A stretch of 63,987 bases of DNA, counting the filler, from Chrysochromulina tobinii (lineage: Eukaryota), in assembly GCA_001275005.1 (NCBI GenBank). It is 6 parts of 6 records of this genome, joined end to end, with 100 filler letters (N's around TTAATTAATTAA, not from the genome) between each part and the next. Parts side by side here need not be neighbours in the genome. Positions count along the whole stretch, not along the records: positions 12,156 to 17,198 come from JWZX01001388.1; positions 17,299 to 34,529 come from JWZX01001389.1; 4 more parts are not named here. The stretch is one strand, 5' to 3'. Under the pieces are notes generated by a model. It saw only the letters and a list, made by a program, of their open reading frames with translations. It did not search any database and was not told where the DNA came from. The stretch's first letter is position 1, and each line of letters opens with the position of its first letter. Shown here one piece after another: positions 12,156-25,300 of this stretch. The position numbers and the translations under genes were made by a program.

Positions 12156-15100
12156 CCGCCGCTTCGAGCTCGCTCTGCTTCAGCGCCGCCTCGAGCGCCT
12201 CCTCCTGCTCCGCCTGCCTGCGGCGCTGCTCGGCCTCACGCCACGCAGCCTCACGATCCCGACGCGCCGCTTCCTGCTCGACGGCAGCCATCTGCTGCTC
12301 AGCCTCTTGTGACGCCTTGGCGGCCGCCTGCTGAGCCTTGGTGCTCAGCTCGAGTGCAGCCGCCGTGTCGAGGAATGCATGCCGAAGCGTCTGACTCGCG
12401 CTCAGGCGCCGCGCGAGGGCCTCCTCGCTGGTCGCCGCGTCAGCAAGAAGGCTCTCGAGTAGGTCCGGCAAGTGCGCGTCCGCCTGCTTCGCCGCTTCGC
12501 GCGACCATGCACTGAGCATGCGATCGTCGTCGACGTCGAAGCGGCGGATGCATTTCTGCTGCTCCTCGGCAGTCGGTGGCAGGCAGCACGCAAAGAGGCA
12601 GCAGACGCCGTAGGAGAACATGTCGCCCATCGCGGTAGGCTTCGCGTCTCGCTCGCGGCCCTCTCTGCTCGCCTTGAGGATCTCGGGCGCCACGTAGAGC
12701 TCGGTGAAGGCGATGCCACCGACCGTGCTCGCCCTCATGCTGTTGCGCGCGCCCTCGGTCTGTTGGCGGCGCGCGGACTCAAAGTCGGCCAGGTGCGCCG
12801 TCGCGCGCTCGCCCTCGAGAGACACGAGGACATTCTCAAGCTTGACGTCGCCGTGCGCGAGGCCGTGGCTGTGCAGGTGGCGGAGCGCCTCGCACAGCTG
12901 CCCAAGCAGCACCTTGCGCTGCCACACCTCGGGCCTCCTACTTCTCCTATCGCTCAGCCCCAAGTTGCGCAAACCCAGCTCCAACCAGCTCTTCTCGGGA
13001 ACTGTCCCGTTCAGCCAGTGGAGCATGTCACCTCCGTTGTAGTAGGGCAGCTGCACGTACGCGGCGTAGCTCGGCTCGTAGACGACGAAGACGGCGTCGA
13101 CGGAGGCGATGAACTGGCATTCTGAGAGCTGACCGAGCAGTTTCACCTGATGAGGGAGGTCATCAGTGATGAGGGAGGTCATCAGTGATGTCATCAGGCA
13201 TTCTGAGAGCTGACCGAGCAGTTTCACCTCTTTGAGCAGCGCCTTCCACTCGGATGCATCGTTCAGCTTGTACTCCTTGAGCACACAGAGCTCAGCCTTC
13301 GCCCCGTCACCGGCGTAACTCGCTTGCCACACCTCGTGTCTCCCGTCCTTTTTGCTGATACGTACTCTGTCGTCGTAGTGTGTCAGCTCGCGCTCGACGA
13401 GCACGCGCCGCAGCTCGTCCGAGTCGACCCCCTCCGCCGCGCCCAGCTTGAGCAGCGGCTCCATCGCGAAGAGCTCCGGAAAGTGCGCGGCGGCCACCTG
13501 GGCCAGCCTCATGCGCTCCACGTGCAGCGCGCGCTGGGCGCACTGCACGTCACGTCGCGCTTGGCGGGTGGCTTCGATGGCTGCATCCGCAGCATGCGGA
13601 GCGTTCAGACGGCGCTTCGCCTTATTCTCTTCGGCAAGCCTGTCTTCGAGCACGTCCGTCACGCCGTTCCATGCCTCATGCAGCGCGTGCAGCTTGTCGG
13701 TGCTTGGCCGTTCCGCGTGGCGGCTCAAGTCCTCGCGCTCTTCGCGCACTCTGCTCAACTGCGTCACCCACTCGTCGAGCATGGGCAGCACTTGTTTGTG
13801 CAGACGCTCGAGCCACACCTGCTCTCAGAGAAGCACTCAGACGCACTCAGAGCCTATCAGACGCGCCCATCAGAGCCAATCACAGCCAATCAGAGCCCAT
13901 CAGAGCCAATCCGCCACACCTGCTCGGCAAGCGTGAGTGCGCACTCCCCATGCTGCTGCTGCTGCTGCAACGCGGCCGCCTCCGCGGTCAGGCTCCGCCG
14001 CTCCTTCTCGCCCTCATCGTGAGCGCTCAGCGCATCCTCGAGCACACGGACCAAGGCGACCCGTGCCTCGTTTCGCACCTTTGTGGCGTCGCGCAGTGAC
14101 TCGTCCTCATTGGCCGCCACTGCGGCCAAGAGGCGCACGCGATCCTGCGCCTTGCAGAGCTCCGAGCGGGCGTTGGCCATCTTGCCGAGTGCCATCCTCC
14201 AGTGACTCACCTTGTCCTCGGCTCTCTCGGCCGCCGCTCTCTCAACCGCAAGCCTCTCGGCCGCCGCCCTCTCGGCCGCCGCCTTCTCCTCCGCAGCCTT
14301 CTCCGCCGCCGCCTTCTCGGCCGCCGCCTTCTCGGCCGCCGCCTTCTCGGCTGCCGCCTTCTTGTCGGCCGCCGCCTTGTCGGCCGCCGCCTTCTTCTCG
14401 GCCGCCGCCTTCTCGGCCGCTGCCTTCTTCTCGACCACCGCCCTCTCGGCCGCCGCCTTCTTCTCGGCCGCCGCCTTCTCGGCCGCCGCCTTTTCCGCCG
14501 CCGCCTTCTTCTCGACCATCGCCTTCTTGTCGGCCACCGCCTTCTTGTCAGCCGCCTTCTTCTCGGCCGCCGCCTTCTCGGCCGCCGCCTTCTTGTCGGC
14601 CGCAGCCCTCTCGGCCGCCGCCTTCTTCTCGTCAGCCGCCTTCTTGGGTGCCAGCGTCGAGGCAGGCGGAGCTGAGGATGGCGGCACCGGCGCCTCGTTC
14701 ATGGATAGGAGTACACTCACTGCTGCATCCACGTCGTGCTCGCATTGAAAGAGAACAGCGGCCAGGGTCTCCTCGGAGATCTCGGGGAAGATGGCATGCA
14801 GGCGGGCCGCCGCCTTCTCGGCCGCCGCTTTCTTGTCTGCGGCCGTTGTCTTGGCCGCCGTTTTCTTGGCCGCCGCCTTGTTGGCTGCCACCCTCTCGGC
14901 CGCCGCCTTGTCGGCTGCCGCCCTCTCGGCCGCCGCCCTGGACTCGATGTCGAAGTCCAGAGCGGGGTCCTGCACCCCCCTCCTTTGATTGGGCCGCCGA
15001 TTACGTTTGCGGCGCAGCCGACAAAGGCGCAGCACGATGGCGACACCGATGCAGACGCCAATGACAGCGATCCCACCAACCACGGCGCCGATAATGATGC

Positions 15101-17198
15101 CCGTTGGGTCGCTCGGCGTCATCATCGGCGGCGTCATCATCGGTGGCGGTGGCGGCGCCCGGCAAGTTGGGACTGAGCCATCGACGCCGGTGAGGGTCGT
15201 TGCCCAGGAGCAGACTGTGCCACCGCTGGCGACCCTGACATTGTGCCCCGAAGCTGCTCCATTGGTAGCTTGATTGGAATACACTTGGGAGTTGACGATT
15301 GAGACAGTGCCGGTATAGACATAGACACCGCCACCAAAGCCAGCTGTATTGCCAGTGATGGTGCACGTTGACAAGGTCACCGTGCCACTTTCGATAAACA
15401 CACCGCCACCATAAACACCCGTGTTGCCAGTGATGATGCACGATGACAAAGTCACAGTGCCACTGCTGATGAAAACACCACCGCCAGATGTATGAGTAAA
15501 TCCAGAAGCTGTGTTGCCGGTGATCGAGGAAGACGTTATCGTGACCGTGCCGGAAGAGACGTAGACACCGCCGCCATAATCATAAGCTGTATTCCCGTCG
15601 ATCGAGGAAGACGTTATCGTGACCGTGCCGGAAGAGACGTAGACACCGCCTCCATCACATTGGTACGAGCCACAATAGCCAGCTGTGTTCCCACTGATGG
15701 TGCAGGACGAGATGGCCACTGTGCCACCCTGGACATAAACACCGCCACCCGGAACATATCCATCTTTGACGTAGCCTCCCGTGATGCTGAGCCTGATCAG
15801 CTGCACGATGCCCGACGAGCCCGGGTTGATGTTCAGCACACGGCGCGGACTCGAGGAGCTCGCTTGTGCGTTCAGGGTGACCGAGCCTGCCACCGCCGCC
15901 TCAAGGATGACGCTCCTGGTGATGCTGAGCTCGGCGAAGAGGTTGTAGGTGCCGGAGGCAAGGACGATGCGGCTGACGGCGGTGTTGGCGAGTGCGCTGG
16001 TCAGGCCGGCGCTGGTGCTCACCGCCAAGGTGCCTGGCGCATACGGCGGCGGGGGAGACGGCGATGGCGGCGGTGGCGAGGGCGACGGTGGCGGTGGCGA
16101 GGGCGGTGGTGGCGGTGGCGAGGGCGGTGGTGGCGGTGGCGAGGGCGGTGGTGGCGGTGGCGAGGGCGGTGGTGGCGCGAGGCATAATGGAGCGCCGCTG
16201 TACGGGCATGAACTCCACGCAGGAGCAGGATCAAGAATGGTTCCCGTGGGGTAAGGCCCAGGACAGGTCCATGCATCAGGAGAGCAGGAACCAGCGGGAA
16301 CGACAGATCGGGTCCATCTCCCAGTCGCGCAGTCGAACCACACGTATCCATTCAGCATGGACCCAGTACTAGTCTGCGCTTGGTAGACGTACATTCGTCC
16401 TCCACTGGCAACGCTTGAACAAGCACTGCATGTGTAGAAAGTGACGGTCTTGAAGTAATACTCATTCGTGTAGACAGGATGTATGAAATACGTCGATGAA
16501 CAAACGCCGCAACCAGAGCAAAGCGGCAAGCCATACTGTGGCGGTGACGGCGGCGGCGGTGGTGGCGGGAGCAAACGCGGGCCGCAGTCAATGCAGTCGG
16601 TCCCGAGGGCGCAGAAGGATGTGTACTCACAGCCTTGTGGGCAGCCTTCAGAGCCTGGCCCACCGTCATCGCAGGTGCCTTGATTGGCGTAAGAACACGT
16701 ATTGGTGCAGATCAGATTTGAGGGCGGCGGTGGCGGTGGCGGCGGCGGTGGCGGTGGCGGCGGCGGTGGCGGGTAGTAAGAATAACAGCACTTGTAGCAA
16801 GAGGAAAGCCATAAAAATCCGCAGCCCGAGGTGCTCACCATAGTAGGACCATACGAAATGCAGCCTGGCCATGAAACGCATCTGGAAGAGATGGGGACGT
16901 CGCCGCCGTATGGGCACTGACATGCGCTGGTAAAGCTCACCATCATGGCGAGGCAGATGATGCTGGCGAGTCCAGGCGCGGACCCAAGGCGGACCGCCGA
17001 GCCGCGCCGAGCCGCGGGTCGGCGCGCAAGAGAGGTGACGACCCAGACGCGATGAGGCCCAGGTGTCGGAGGTGAGGCCGACGTGAAGGACAGCGGACGC
17101 CCCGCCCCGAGTAGGCTTGTGAGCTCCTCGGACAGTGGCGACATGGCGGGCGTCGTGATGGTGCCGTTCCCCTCCTTGACGAAGAGGGGCTCCTCGGA
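12156..17198 (-). CDS. Receptor-like Ser/Thr protein kinase: Cys-rich modules, poly-Pro linkers, beta-helix repeats, TM, CUE domain, AAEK coiled coil, kinase (introns 13819-13919 and 13147-13227; reading frame open to both contig edges)
   Basis: Intron 13919-13819 joins the 1084-aa and 572-aa ORFs in frame ([10 protein letters not shown]). Motifs: [22 protein letters not shown] repeats; [25 protein letters not shown] followed by a basic stop-transfer; CUE-like [32 protein letters not shown]; kinase [30 protein letters not shown]. Confidence 0.8.
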
Positions 17199-17298
17199 NN
17201 NNNNNNNNNNNNNNNNNNNNNNNNNNNNNNNNNNNNNNNNNNTTAATTAATTAANNNNNNNNNNNNNNNNNNNNNNNNNNNNNNNNNNNNNNNNNNNN
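17199..17298. other. Artificial contig-joining spacer
   Basis: N/TTAATTAATTAA/N, 100 nt. Confidence 0.97.
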
Positions 17299-17965
17299 CC
17301 CCTGAGTGTGCTCTACACGTGGGTATGTCGCATGCTGTCAGATCGTGACGTTTCAAAAAGTCGATTTTTTGGGCTGACCCCTCTATTAGTATCGATCTAT
17401 TTTACGCCCGCGACCGGCCGCAGCCGCGCGGCAGGTAGCCGATCGGCCCGACCGCGGCCGCGGGGACACGCACCGTCGGACGCGCGCGGGCAAACGGCAA
17501 AGTAACGAAACGCGGCGCGGGGAACGCACTCCGGAAGCCACAACCCGACCTCACCGCGGCGAGTCGCGGTACCGTTACACACACTCGTGTGGATGCATAG
17601 CAACCAGAGAGGGTTCGACTCGCAGTACGAACCTAACCGCACAGCAGTCCAGCGCTCAGCCGCACATACCCGCTCCCAGAATCTCTGTGCATTTACCAGG
17701 GCGCCGGCACCTTGGCCGCTTGAGCTTGTCTCCTGAGGCCCAGTCGATGGCGCCCACCTCGGCGCCCATCTCACGGCCAGCTGCAGGTGCAGGTCAACGG
17801 CGCGGGCGCGTCGCGGAAAGCTAATATGGGGCCCTCGGTGCGATCTAGGTGCGATCTAAGTGCGATCAAGCAGGTTGGGTGAACAGTTCGTCTCGTTGAC
17901 CTCGTGTTCGACCCACTTTTATAGGAAAGTTCCTCAGGAACTTCCTCAAATCCTTCGAGACGAGT

Positions 17966-19693
17966 CTACTTGCGTTCAGGCGTGGGGATGTGGCAGATGG
18001 TCTCGTCCTTCATGGCCGCCTCGGCCACCTCGACGGCCTTCTCGACGGTCTCCGCATTCCGATCTCCATGTCGCCAGATCTGGTACTGAGCGCGAATCCA
18101 TGCGTCGAGCTCATCGTAGCCCATCGCCTGCCAATTGTCTGGAGGAGCCACCCCGTTGAGACGGGTCCAGAGATCGACGTTGCGGCGCTGCATGCGCGAG
18201 ATGTCGTCCTTGTCGCCGCAGCTGTGGAAGGCGGCCTTCTGCGAGGGCGGGGGCGCGTCAGGCAGATGCATCGGTGTGTCGCGCGGCGTCGTCTCGGTCA
18301 ACAGCTCCGAGAACGAACCAGCCCACGAGTCGCGCTTCGTCAGGTACTTGGGGAGGCCGAAGAGGTCGACGATGGTGGCCGAGATGGCCGAGTGCTCCCA
18401 GGCGGTGCCGTTGGTCTTCAGGGGACCCCCCTTTTTGGGTGGGCCCACGATGACTCCCGCGGGGACCCACGGCGACATGAGGAAGGATACCACGCGCGAG
18501 CCGACGCGTTTGAAGTCGAATGGCTTATAGCAGCCGGACTTGATGACGCAAGACGACTCGTCGGGCACGATGCCCTCGTGAGGGGGTATCACGTGGTCGT
18601 AGAAGCCACCAGCATCGTCGTACGTCACGAGGAAGAGAGTCTTGTTCCAACCGGGGCCGGCGCGCAGGCTCTCGTACACGTCCTTGACGAGCCGCTCACC
18701 GAGGGCAACGTCGTTACAAGGGTGGTCCGAGTTGCCCTTTCCGTTGCGCGGGTCGTTACCAGGAAAAACAAACGAAAAGGAAGGGAGCGTACCATTCGCC
18801 GCCTGCCCCCAGAAGTCGGTGTAGCCCAGGAACTTGTCGACGTGGCGCTGGACGCCATCCATGTCGGTGTCGGCCGAGTGCGGCGTGTGGTTAGAGTAGA
18901 TGCCAAAGCTCACGCCCCCTTCGGCCATGTTGTCGTAGATGGTGCGCTGCGGGAACGAGGCCTTCGAGCCGCCACAGTCGTCCCAGTGGACGTTGTCATC
19001 GAGGCCGCACGAGGTGGCCGACTGCGCGTACAGATGGTTGGGCGTCGAGAACGAGGGGACGGACGAGTGATAGTTGTTGAAGATGGAGAATTCGCGGGCA
19101 ATCGCCGACTTGACCGGCACGGTACCTTTGCCGAAGAGGGTGACCGCCACGCCGAACGCGCCATGGTCGTAGCTGTACTTGTCGTCCTGCTCGCCGTACG
19201 GATACTTGAACTCATCGCTTCCTGGCTTGAAGTGAAGGCCGAACATCTCGAAGTTAGGCCCTACCGGGCAGACGTACGTCGCACTGCCACACTTGAGTGT
19301 CGCGCCACCCTTCGAGGGATCGGCGGGGTCGATCGGAAGGAAGTGGCCATCCTTGACGAAGTCGCCGGTCGGAAGGTCGTCACATGCCCAAATGTGGTCG
19401 GCTGCACGGCGCGACGCGCGAGCGCGCGGTCAGACAGTGAGCGTGCTCACAAGGCAAGCGGCTGAGTGCGGCCGTCGACTGGGGCGCGCGAAGCGGCCGT
19501 GCATTCGAGCGGCTTTCAACTCACGAGTCCGGTTCTCCATGAAGAGCACGACGAAGTGATCGATCTTTTCATTCTTCTGGCCCGCATTGGGGTTGTCCAG
19601 GCCTTCGGCGGGTGGGATATCTCTGGGGGGGCGGTACGGCTTGCCCGTGGTTGCCACAGCGACAGCTGCGACGGCTGCGAGATAGAGCACCAT
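17966..19693 (-). CDS. Secreted phosphoesterase / non-specific phospholipase C family (exons 19693-19525 and 19401-17966)
   Basis: Signal peptide MVLYLAAVAAVAVA; IDHFVVLFMENR|TPDH after splicing; STPNHLYAQSATS, NSDHP, TLFLVTYDDAGGFYDHVIPP, RVGSRV..SPW and EHSAISATI are phosphoesterase (NPC/AcpA) motifs. Confidence 0.9.
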
Positions 19694-20634
19694 GTCGGCG
19701 AATCCGACGTCGTCGGTCTTCTCATTCCGCGCCGACGGAGATATCTTGTCAAAGAAAATCTATTCATATATTTGTAATTTTAATTTGATAATATAATGTA
19801 CCGTGAGCATTGTATTCGAGTACTCCGAGGAGTACAGTACATGTACCGGTAACAGTGCGACAGTACACGAGTCGCGAAGAGCTGAAATTTCGTTATTTCG
19901 AATCGGATGAGAGATGTTCGCAGGTATCTGATATGTCCATGAACATGAACAACTTAGGACCGTTGCCGTGTTGTAGAGCTTAGTTTTTCTTAGTGGTGCC
20001 ACTGGTGGTGCACGATTAGAGCTGAAGCGCGTGTATTATAATAATTCCCAACCGATAAGTACCCACCAAAATCAATCAATAAAAATCAACACATCACCGT
20101 ACTAGGTGCTTCCGAAAGGGCGGCGCCGGTGCTACGTCCTCCGGTCCTCGCGGACCTGCGCTCCTTCAAGGGCGCTCCTTGCGGCGAAGCCCGGCCCGGG
20201 GGCTAAACGGCCCGGGCGGAGGGGGGGCGGGGAGCGGCTTCGAGACTCTCGAGGCCGCGGCTTGGACCACCCCGGACTTCGCCCATGACCGCGCGGACCG
20301 CGGTCCGTCATGTTCGTTGTTCTCGCCCGCATGTCACCGAATATATCGATATATCGCACTATAGCCATTAGCCTGAACCCTGATTCTCCCTTAATTCTCC
20401 CACTTTACCCAGGGGCCTGTGGGCCACCACCTGACACCTTGCCTGAGAAAAACACAGTACACCGCAGCTACTCCAGCGACCGTTCTCGTCGCGGCGGCTC
20501 TTGGGGCTAAGTATGCCGCCTATGCACGGCACGCAAGTGACGCATCACTCTGATTCATGGTGTCGAGTTTTCCCGCACTGTGCGCGAGAATGGCGCTCTC
20601 TGCACGCTGAATCGAGCAAGATATTCCAGCGACC

Positions 20635-22083
20635 CTAGTACGACCGAAGCGTGTAGCTCGGCCTGCCGGCCACGAGGCGCACGGCGGTTTTGGTCCACAG
20701 CGGCACTCCCTCGGGGGAGACGCTTGGAAGCGGTTCGGTCCAACGATTGCAACTCCCGACGAGCTTATGTTTGAACACGATGGTGCTCAGACGGAGATCA
20801 GCGTCAGCGAGATTTCTGTCCATTCGTACATCGGCGGCTTTCTGCACCTTCTCCACGGTCAGCGATCGGCGGCATGCGGCACTCTCGCTCTCGACGAGCA
20901 TCAAAGGCGCGACGGAGCTGGTGTGCTGAGAGAGCTGCGCCGCACGCCGCCTTGCCGACGACACCGTCAACGCGCTGCTGGAGTGCGCCGCGCGCACTCC
21001 GCCAGCGCCAGCGTGCGGTAAAGCTGACGATGTCGAGCCGAAGCCAATCAAGCTCTTACTCGTGCTGAGCAAGCCTGCGAAGGACATCGAGGTGAGCGGT
21101 GCCGGCGCGGGGAAGGCTGTCGAAGGGGCAGCCGTCGCGGGGGCAGCCGTCGCGGGGCGCAGCTCTAGACGTCTGAGCAGAGCGTCCGGCAGGCTTTTTG
21201 TCATCATCGGAGGTGCGGTCTGCGGCCGGCGCGGCGAGTCCGCCGGCAATTCGCTGTTCGATCGCGGAGACTGAGTGGTTGAGCGCGGAGATTGGTCCTT
21301 AGAGCGCGGAGATTGGTCAGTAGAGCGCGGAGACTGTTCCCTAAAGTTTGACGCCTCACGTGTCTGCACGCGCGCGAACGACAGCATCTCGCCACTGACA
21401 GTGCCGGGGGTGGTGCCTGGCCGGCGGATGGCTGCAGCCTGCTGTGCAAAGTCGCCGCGGAGCGAGTAGGATTTGTTTTTCGCATGCAACGAGATCGCGC
21501 CCGCGTTGCCGACCTGAAACTTCCGGGCCAGCCTGATCGTCGATCCCTGGCGCACCTGCCTGTGCAGCTCGTGGTACGTAAGGGACCCATCGCCGTTCAC
21601 GTCCATGTCGTCGAAGACGCGATTGAGGTCGTCGTACTGGATGTCGAAACCGAGGAGCCCCATCACCTTGCGGAACTCGGCCTTATCGATTTTGCCGCTT
21701 CCGTCCTGGTCGAATTGGCGGAACAGGTTCATCACCTGCTGTGCAGATGCAGCCAGCGCGTCGCGTAGGACATACTTGATGAACTCGGTGCGCGTGACCT
21801 CGCCTGAGCCGTCAAAGTCAAACTCGTCGAAGACGGCACCGCTCACGTGAGCTGGCACTTTCACGCCGAGCGCGAGCACGGCCTGGTGCAGCTCCTCCTT
21901 GTTGAGGGTGCCCGATCCATCAAGGTCGATCATCTCAAAGAGCAAGCCAATCGTCCGCGCGGACTGGCACAGCAAGTCCTTAACTTTCTTCTTGCCAACC
22001 CTCATAGCATTGATTTTTGCGGCCCTCTGCTCGTGTGCACGCTCAGCGGTTTCGCGCGACTCCTTGAGGTCAACGTGGACCAT
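20635..22083 (-). CDS. EF-hand calcium-binding protein with low-complexity tail
   Basis: Four EF loops: DLDGSGTLNKEE, DFDGSGEVTRTE, DQDGSGKIDKAE, DVNGDGSLTYHE; QSPRS repeats in the tail. Confidence 0.85.
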   Translation of the reverse strand: MVHVDLKESRETAERAHEQRAAKINAMRVGKKKVKDLLCQSARTIGLLFEMIDLDGSGTLNKEELHQAVLALGVKVPAHVSGAVFDEFDFDGSGEVTRTEFIKYVLRDALAASAQQVMNLFRQFDQDGSGKIDKAEFRKVMGLLGFDIQYDDLNRVFDDMDVNGDGSLTYHELHRQVRQGSTIRLARKFQVGNAGAISLHAKNKSYSLRGDFAQQAAAIRRPGTTPGTVSGEMLSFARVQTREASNFREQSPRSTDQSPRSKDQSPRSTTQSPRSNSELPADSPRRPQTAPPMMTKSLPDALLRRLELRPATAAPATAAPSTAFPAPAPLTSMSFAGLLSTSKSLIGFGSTSSALPHAGAGGVRAAHSSSALTVSSARRRAAQLSQHTSSVAPLMLVESESAACRRSLTVEKVQKAADVRMDRNLADADLRLSTIVFKHKLVGSCNRWTEPLPSVSPEGVPLWTKTAVRLVAGRPSYTLRSY

Positions 22084-22379
22084 GGTGGTCGTGCGAATGT
22101 GCGATGATCACGGACTGGACGGGGTGCGTGCGTCGCGAGGAAACGTCGCGGCAGCGAAAAGTTGCGAAGCGCGATGCGTACGTATACCCGGTACTCAAGC
22201 ATTTCTAGCGGTACTGTTGCGTGCACATCTACGAAGATTTGTGGCTAGGTTTGTTCCTCAAATTCACGGAGGTCGTCGGAGGTCGTCGGAGATCCGTATA
22301 CGTCGACCTACCGGTGCACTACTGACCTCTACTTTTCCATGGAAAAATCTCGTCCGCACACCGCTCGCTCGCAAGAGGG

Positions 22380-25300
22380 ATGTCGAAGGCGCCCGTATCG
22401 CCGGCTCGATCGGTCTCCGATGAGTGGCGCGCCGGGCCGTTGTCGAAGCTCTTCTTCTCCTGGATATTCCCTCTCCTGCGCCTCGGCGCCCAGCGTCCGC
22501 TTCAGCGTGAGGACCTGGGCTTTGCCAACCCTTCAGACGAGGTGAAGCAGCATGCGGAGAGGCTGGAGGCCTGCCTTCGCACTACGGGTGGCAAGAGCTT
22601 TCGCGCTCTGACCAAGGCGTTCAGCTCTCACATGATCAAAGGTGCACTATGCAAGGGCCTTGGAGATTCCGCATCCTACGCCCAGCTGTGGGCCGTGAAG
22701 ACGATCATTACCTATGCGGAGATGCGTGAGGCTGGCGTGGTGGAAGGCACCGTAGCATGGCCGGCCCGTCCGATTGCATCGTACTTTACCAACGCGCCGG
22801 CGGCGGCAATGGCACGCCCTGGTGCACCCCGCGTGGTGGATCTCGCCGTCCTGCTGCTGCTCCTTGGCCCAATGGTCTCGGGCCTCGGGCTGCATTGGTT
22901 CTATCACTATGTGATGCTTGATGGTCTGCACGCGCGTTCGGCCCTCAAGTCGGTCCTCTTCCGCAAGCTGCTGCGCGTCCCGGCGGTGGGCGGGCAGCAC
23001 GCGGATGGCTCGATCACCGCCGCAACAGACGGCCACTTGACGAGCGGCCTGAGCGGGCCTGCCAAGGTGAAGGAGGACGACGGCGGCTCGGGGAAGCTGC
23101 TCAACCTGCAGAACGGCGACGCTCGCGCGGTGGAGAACGTCTACCACATGTGCGTCTACTGGATCTTCGTCCCGATCCAGATCGCGATCTACCTCTTTGT
23201 CCTCTCCCTCGAGATCGGCGCCTCGGCCGCCGTCGGGCTCGCATGCATGAGCCTGGCGGTACCCGCGCAGGTGAGTGGTGCTGGTGGCGTCGGAATGCGT
23301 CCGATTGCGTCTGAGTGCGTCCGATGACCTTCGATGTTTGCCTCCGATGGCCTCTGATGGCCTCTGATGGCCTCTGATGGGTTCTGGCGTCGCCGGCGCA
23401 GGTCCTGCTGAGCGGCCGCATGAAGAAGGCGCAGGGCAGCCTGCTCTCAGCCTCCGACCGCCGGATGCGCAGCGTCAAGGAGACTGTCCATGGTATCCAG
23501 GCCGTGAAGGCCTTTGGGTGGGAGCCGGCGTTTGGAGAGCGAGTTCGCCGGGCGAGGGATGAGGAGCTCAGGCACAACTTGGTCGTGCAGCGCCTCTCGG
23601 CGGTCTCAAGTGCTGTCATGGAGGCGTTGCCTATCGTGTGCGCCCTGGCGTCGCTCGCGAGCTATGGGCTCTTCTACCCGGACTCACCGCTCACGGCCTC
23701 GCGCGCGTTCATGTCGCTCCTGGTCTTTAACCAGCTACGCATGCCGCTGATGATCCTTCCATTTACGATCCTCGTCACTATTGGAGGTCTCGCTGCAGTG
23801 AAACGCATTGACGAATTCCTGTCGGTGCCCGAGGTCGAGCCTCTCCCCGACCACACGAGAGGCGGCGGCGGAGGGAAGCAGGGGGAGGCCGGGGGGGATG
23901 CCCACGACGACGCCTGTACGGTCCGGATCGTGGGGGGCGTCTTCCAGTGGCCCAAGTCGTTGGTGAAGCGGCCGAGCGCGCCCAAGCCACGCACAGGCGA
24001 CGAGGAGGCGGAGGCCGGTATACCCATAGCCGCAGGCGCGACGACGGCGCCCGTGACGGCGCCGTTCCAGCTGGGCGGCGATCGGGGCGCGCCGATCGAG
24101 CTTCGCTGCGCCCCGGGACTGACGGTGATCCTTGGGAGCGTCGCCTCGGGCAAGTCGGCGCTGCTCAACGCATGCCTTGGGGAGATGAGCGTCGTGCGCG
24201 GCGCCGTCTCCGTGCGCGGGCGCATGGCGCTATGCCCGCAAACACCCTGGATCTTCAACGCGAGCCTCAGAGACAATGTACTCTTTGGAGCACCACCGTT
24301 GATGACCGCTGATGACCGCTGATGGCCGCTGATTGCCGCTGATGCCCGTTGATGGCCGCTGATGAACATTGATTGCCTTCCTCATCAGGTGCTCTTCGGC
24401 GCGCCACATGATGCGGCGCGCTACCAGCGCGTCCTTGAGGCGTGCGCTCTCGAAGCCGACCTGGCGGCGCTGCCGTCGGGTGACGCCACAGAGATTGGCG
24501 AGAGGGGCGTCACGCTCTCGGGCGGACAAAAGGCGCGCGTCTCCCTAGCGCGCGCGCTGTATGCCGACGCGGACGTGTACCTCCTCGACGACGTGCTCAG
24601 CGCTGTGGATGCACATGTGGGCCGTCACCTCGTCGATCAGGCGCTCGGGGCGACGCTCGTGGCCAACGGGCGTACGGTCCTCCTCGCGTCGCACCAGCTC
24701 AGTGTCATCGACCGCGCGGATAGGGTCCTCATCCTGCGCGACGGCCACGTGGCTTTTGACGGCACGCCCGCGTCGTGCCGAGCGTCCGAGGCCTTCGCGG
24801 CCATCCGTGGCGAGCACGACAGCAAGGCCGACCTTAGCATGGGTGCCGTGCCGAGGTGGACGGCAACCCCCGAGATCGGCCTCGTGTACGTCAAGGAGGG
24901 TGCGCCAGCTGCGCCCGCCGACGGAGCCTCAAGCAAGGGTGTTGGTGCAGGGTCCAGAGGGTCCGAAGGCGTCGACGGCGGCGACAGTGGTGGCTCGGAG
25001 GCGCAGGGGGGGCAGAGTGCCGTCATGAGCGCTCAAGAGGGCGCGTCCGCCGACCTCGGCAAGCTGACGGCCGCCGAAGATCGCGAGACAGGCTCAGTCT
25101 CTATGCGCGTACTCGCCACGTACGGCCGGCTCGGCGGCAGCGCGCTCGCGGCCCTCGCCCTCGCCCTTCTGGTGCTCAAGTCGGGGGCCGCTGTCGGCTG
25201 TCAGGGCTGGGTGGCCGCTTGGACGGCGAAGACATCGTCGCCGGCGAAGGTATCGTCGCCGGCGAGTGCCAACGCGACCTCGGCGCTTGGGCTTGGGCCG

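Noticed and set aside
14220..14940. AAEK/AADKK repeats resembling TolA or histone H1
   Set aside because: This is a low-complexity coiled coil inside the kinase gene, not a separate homolog.
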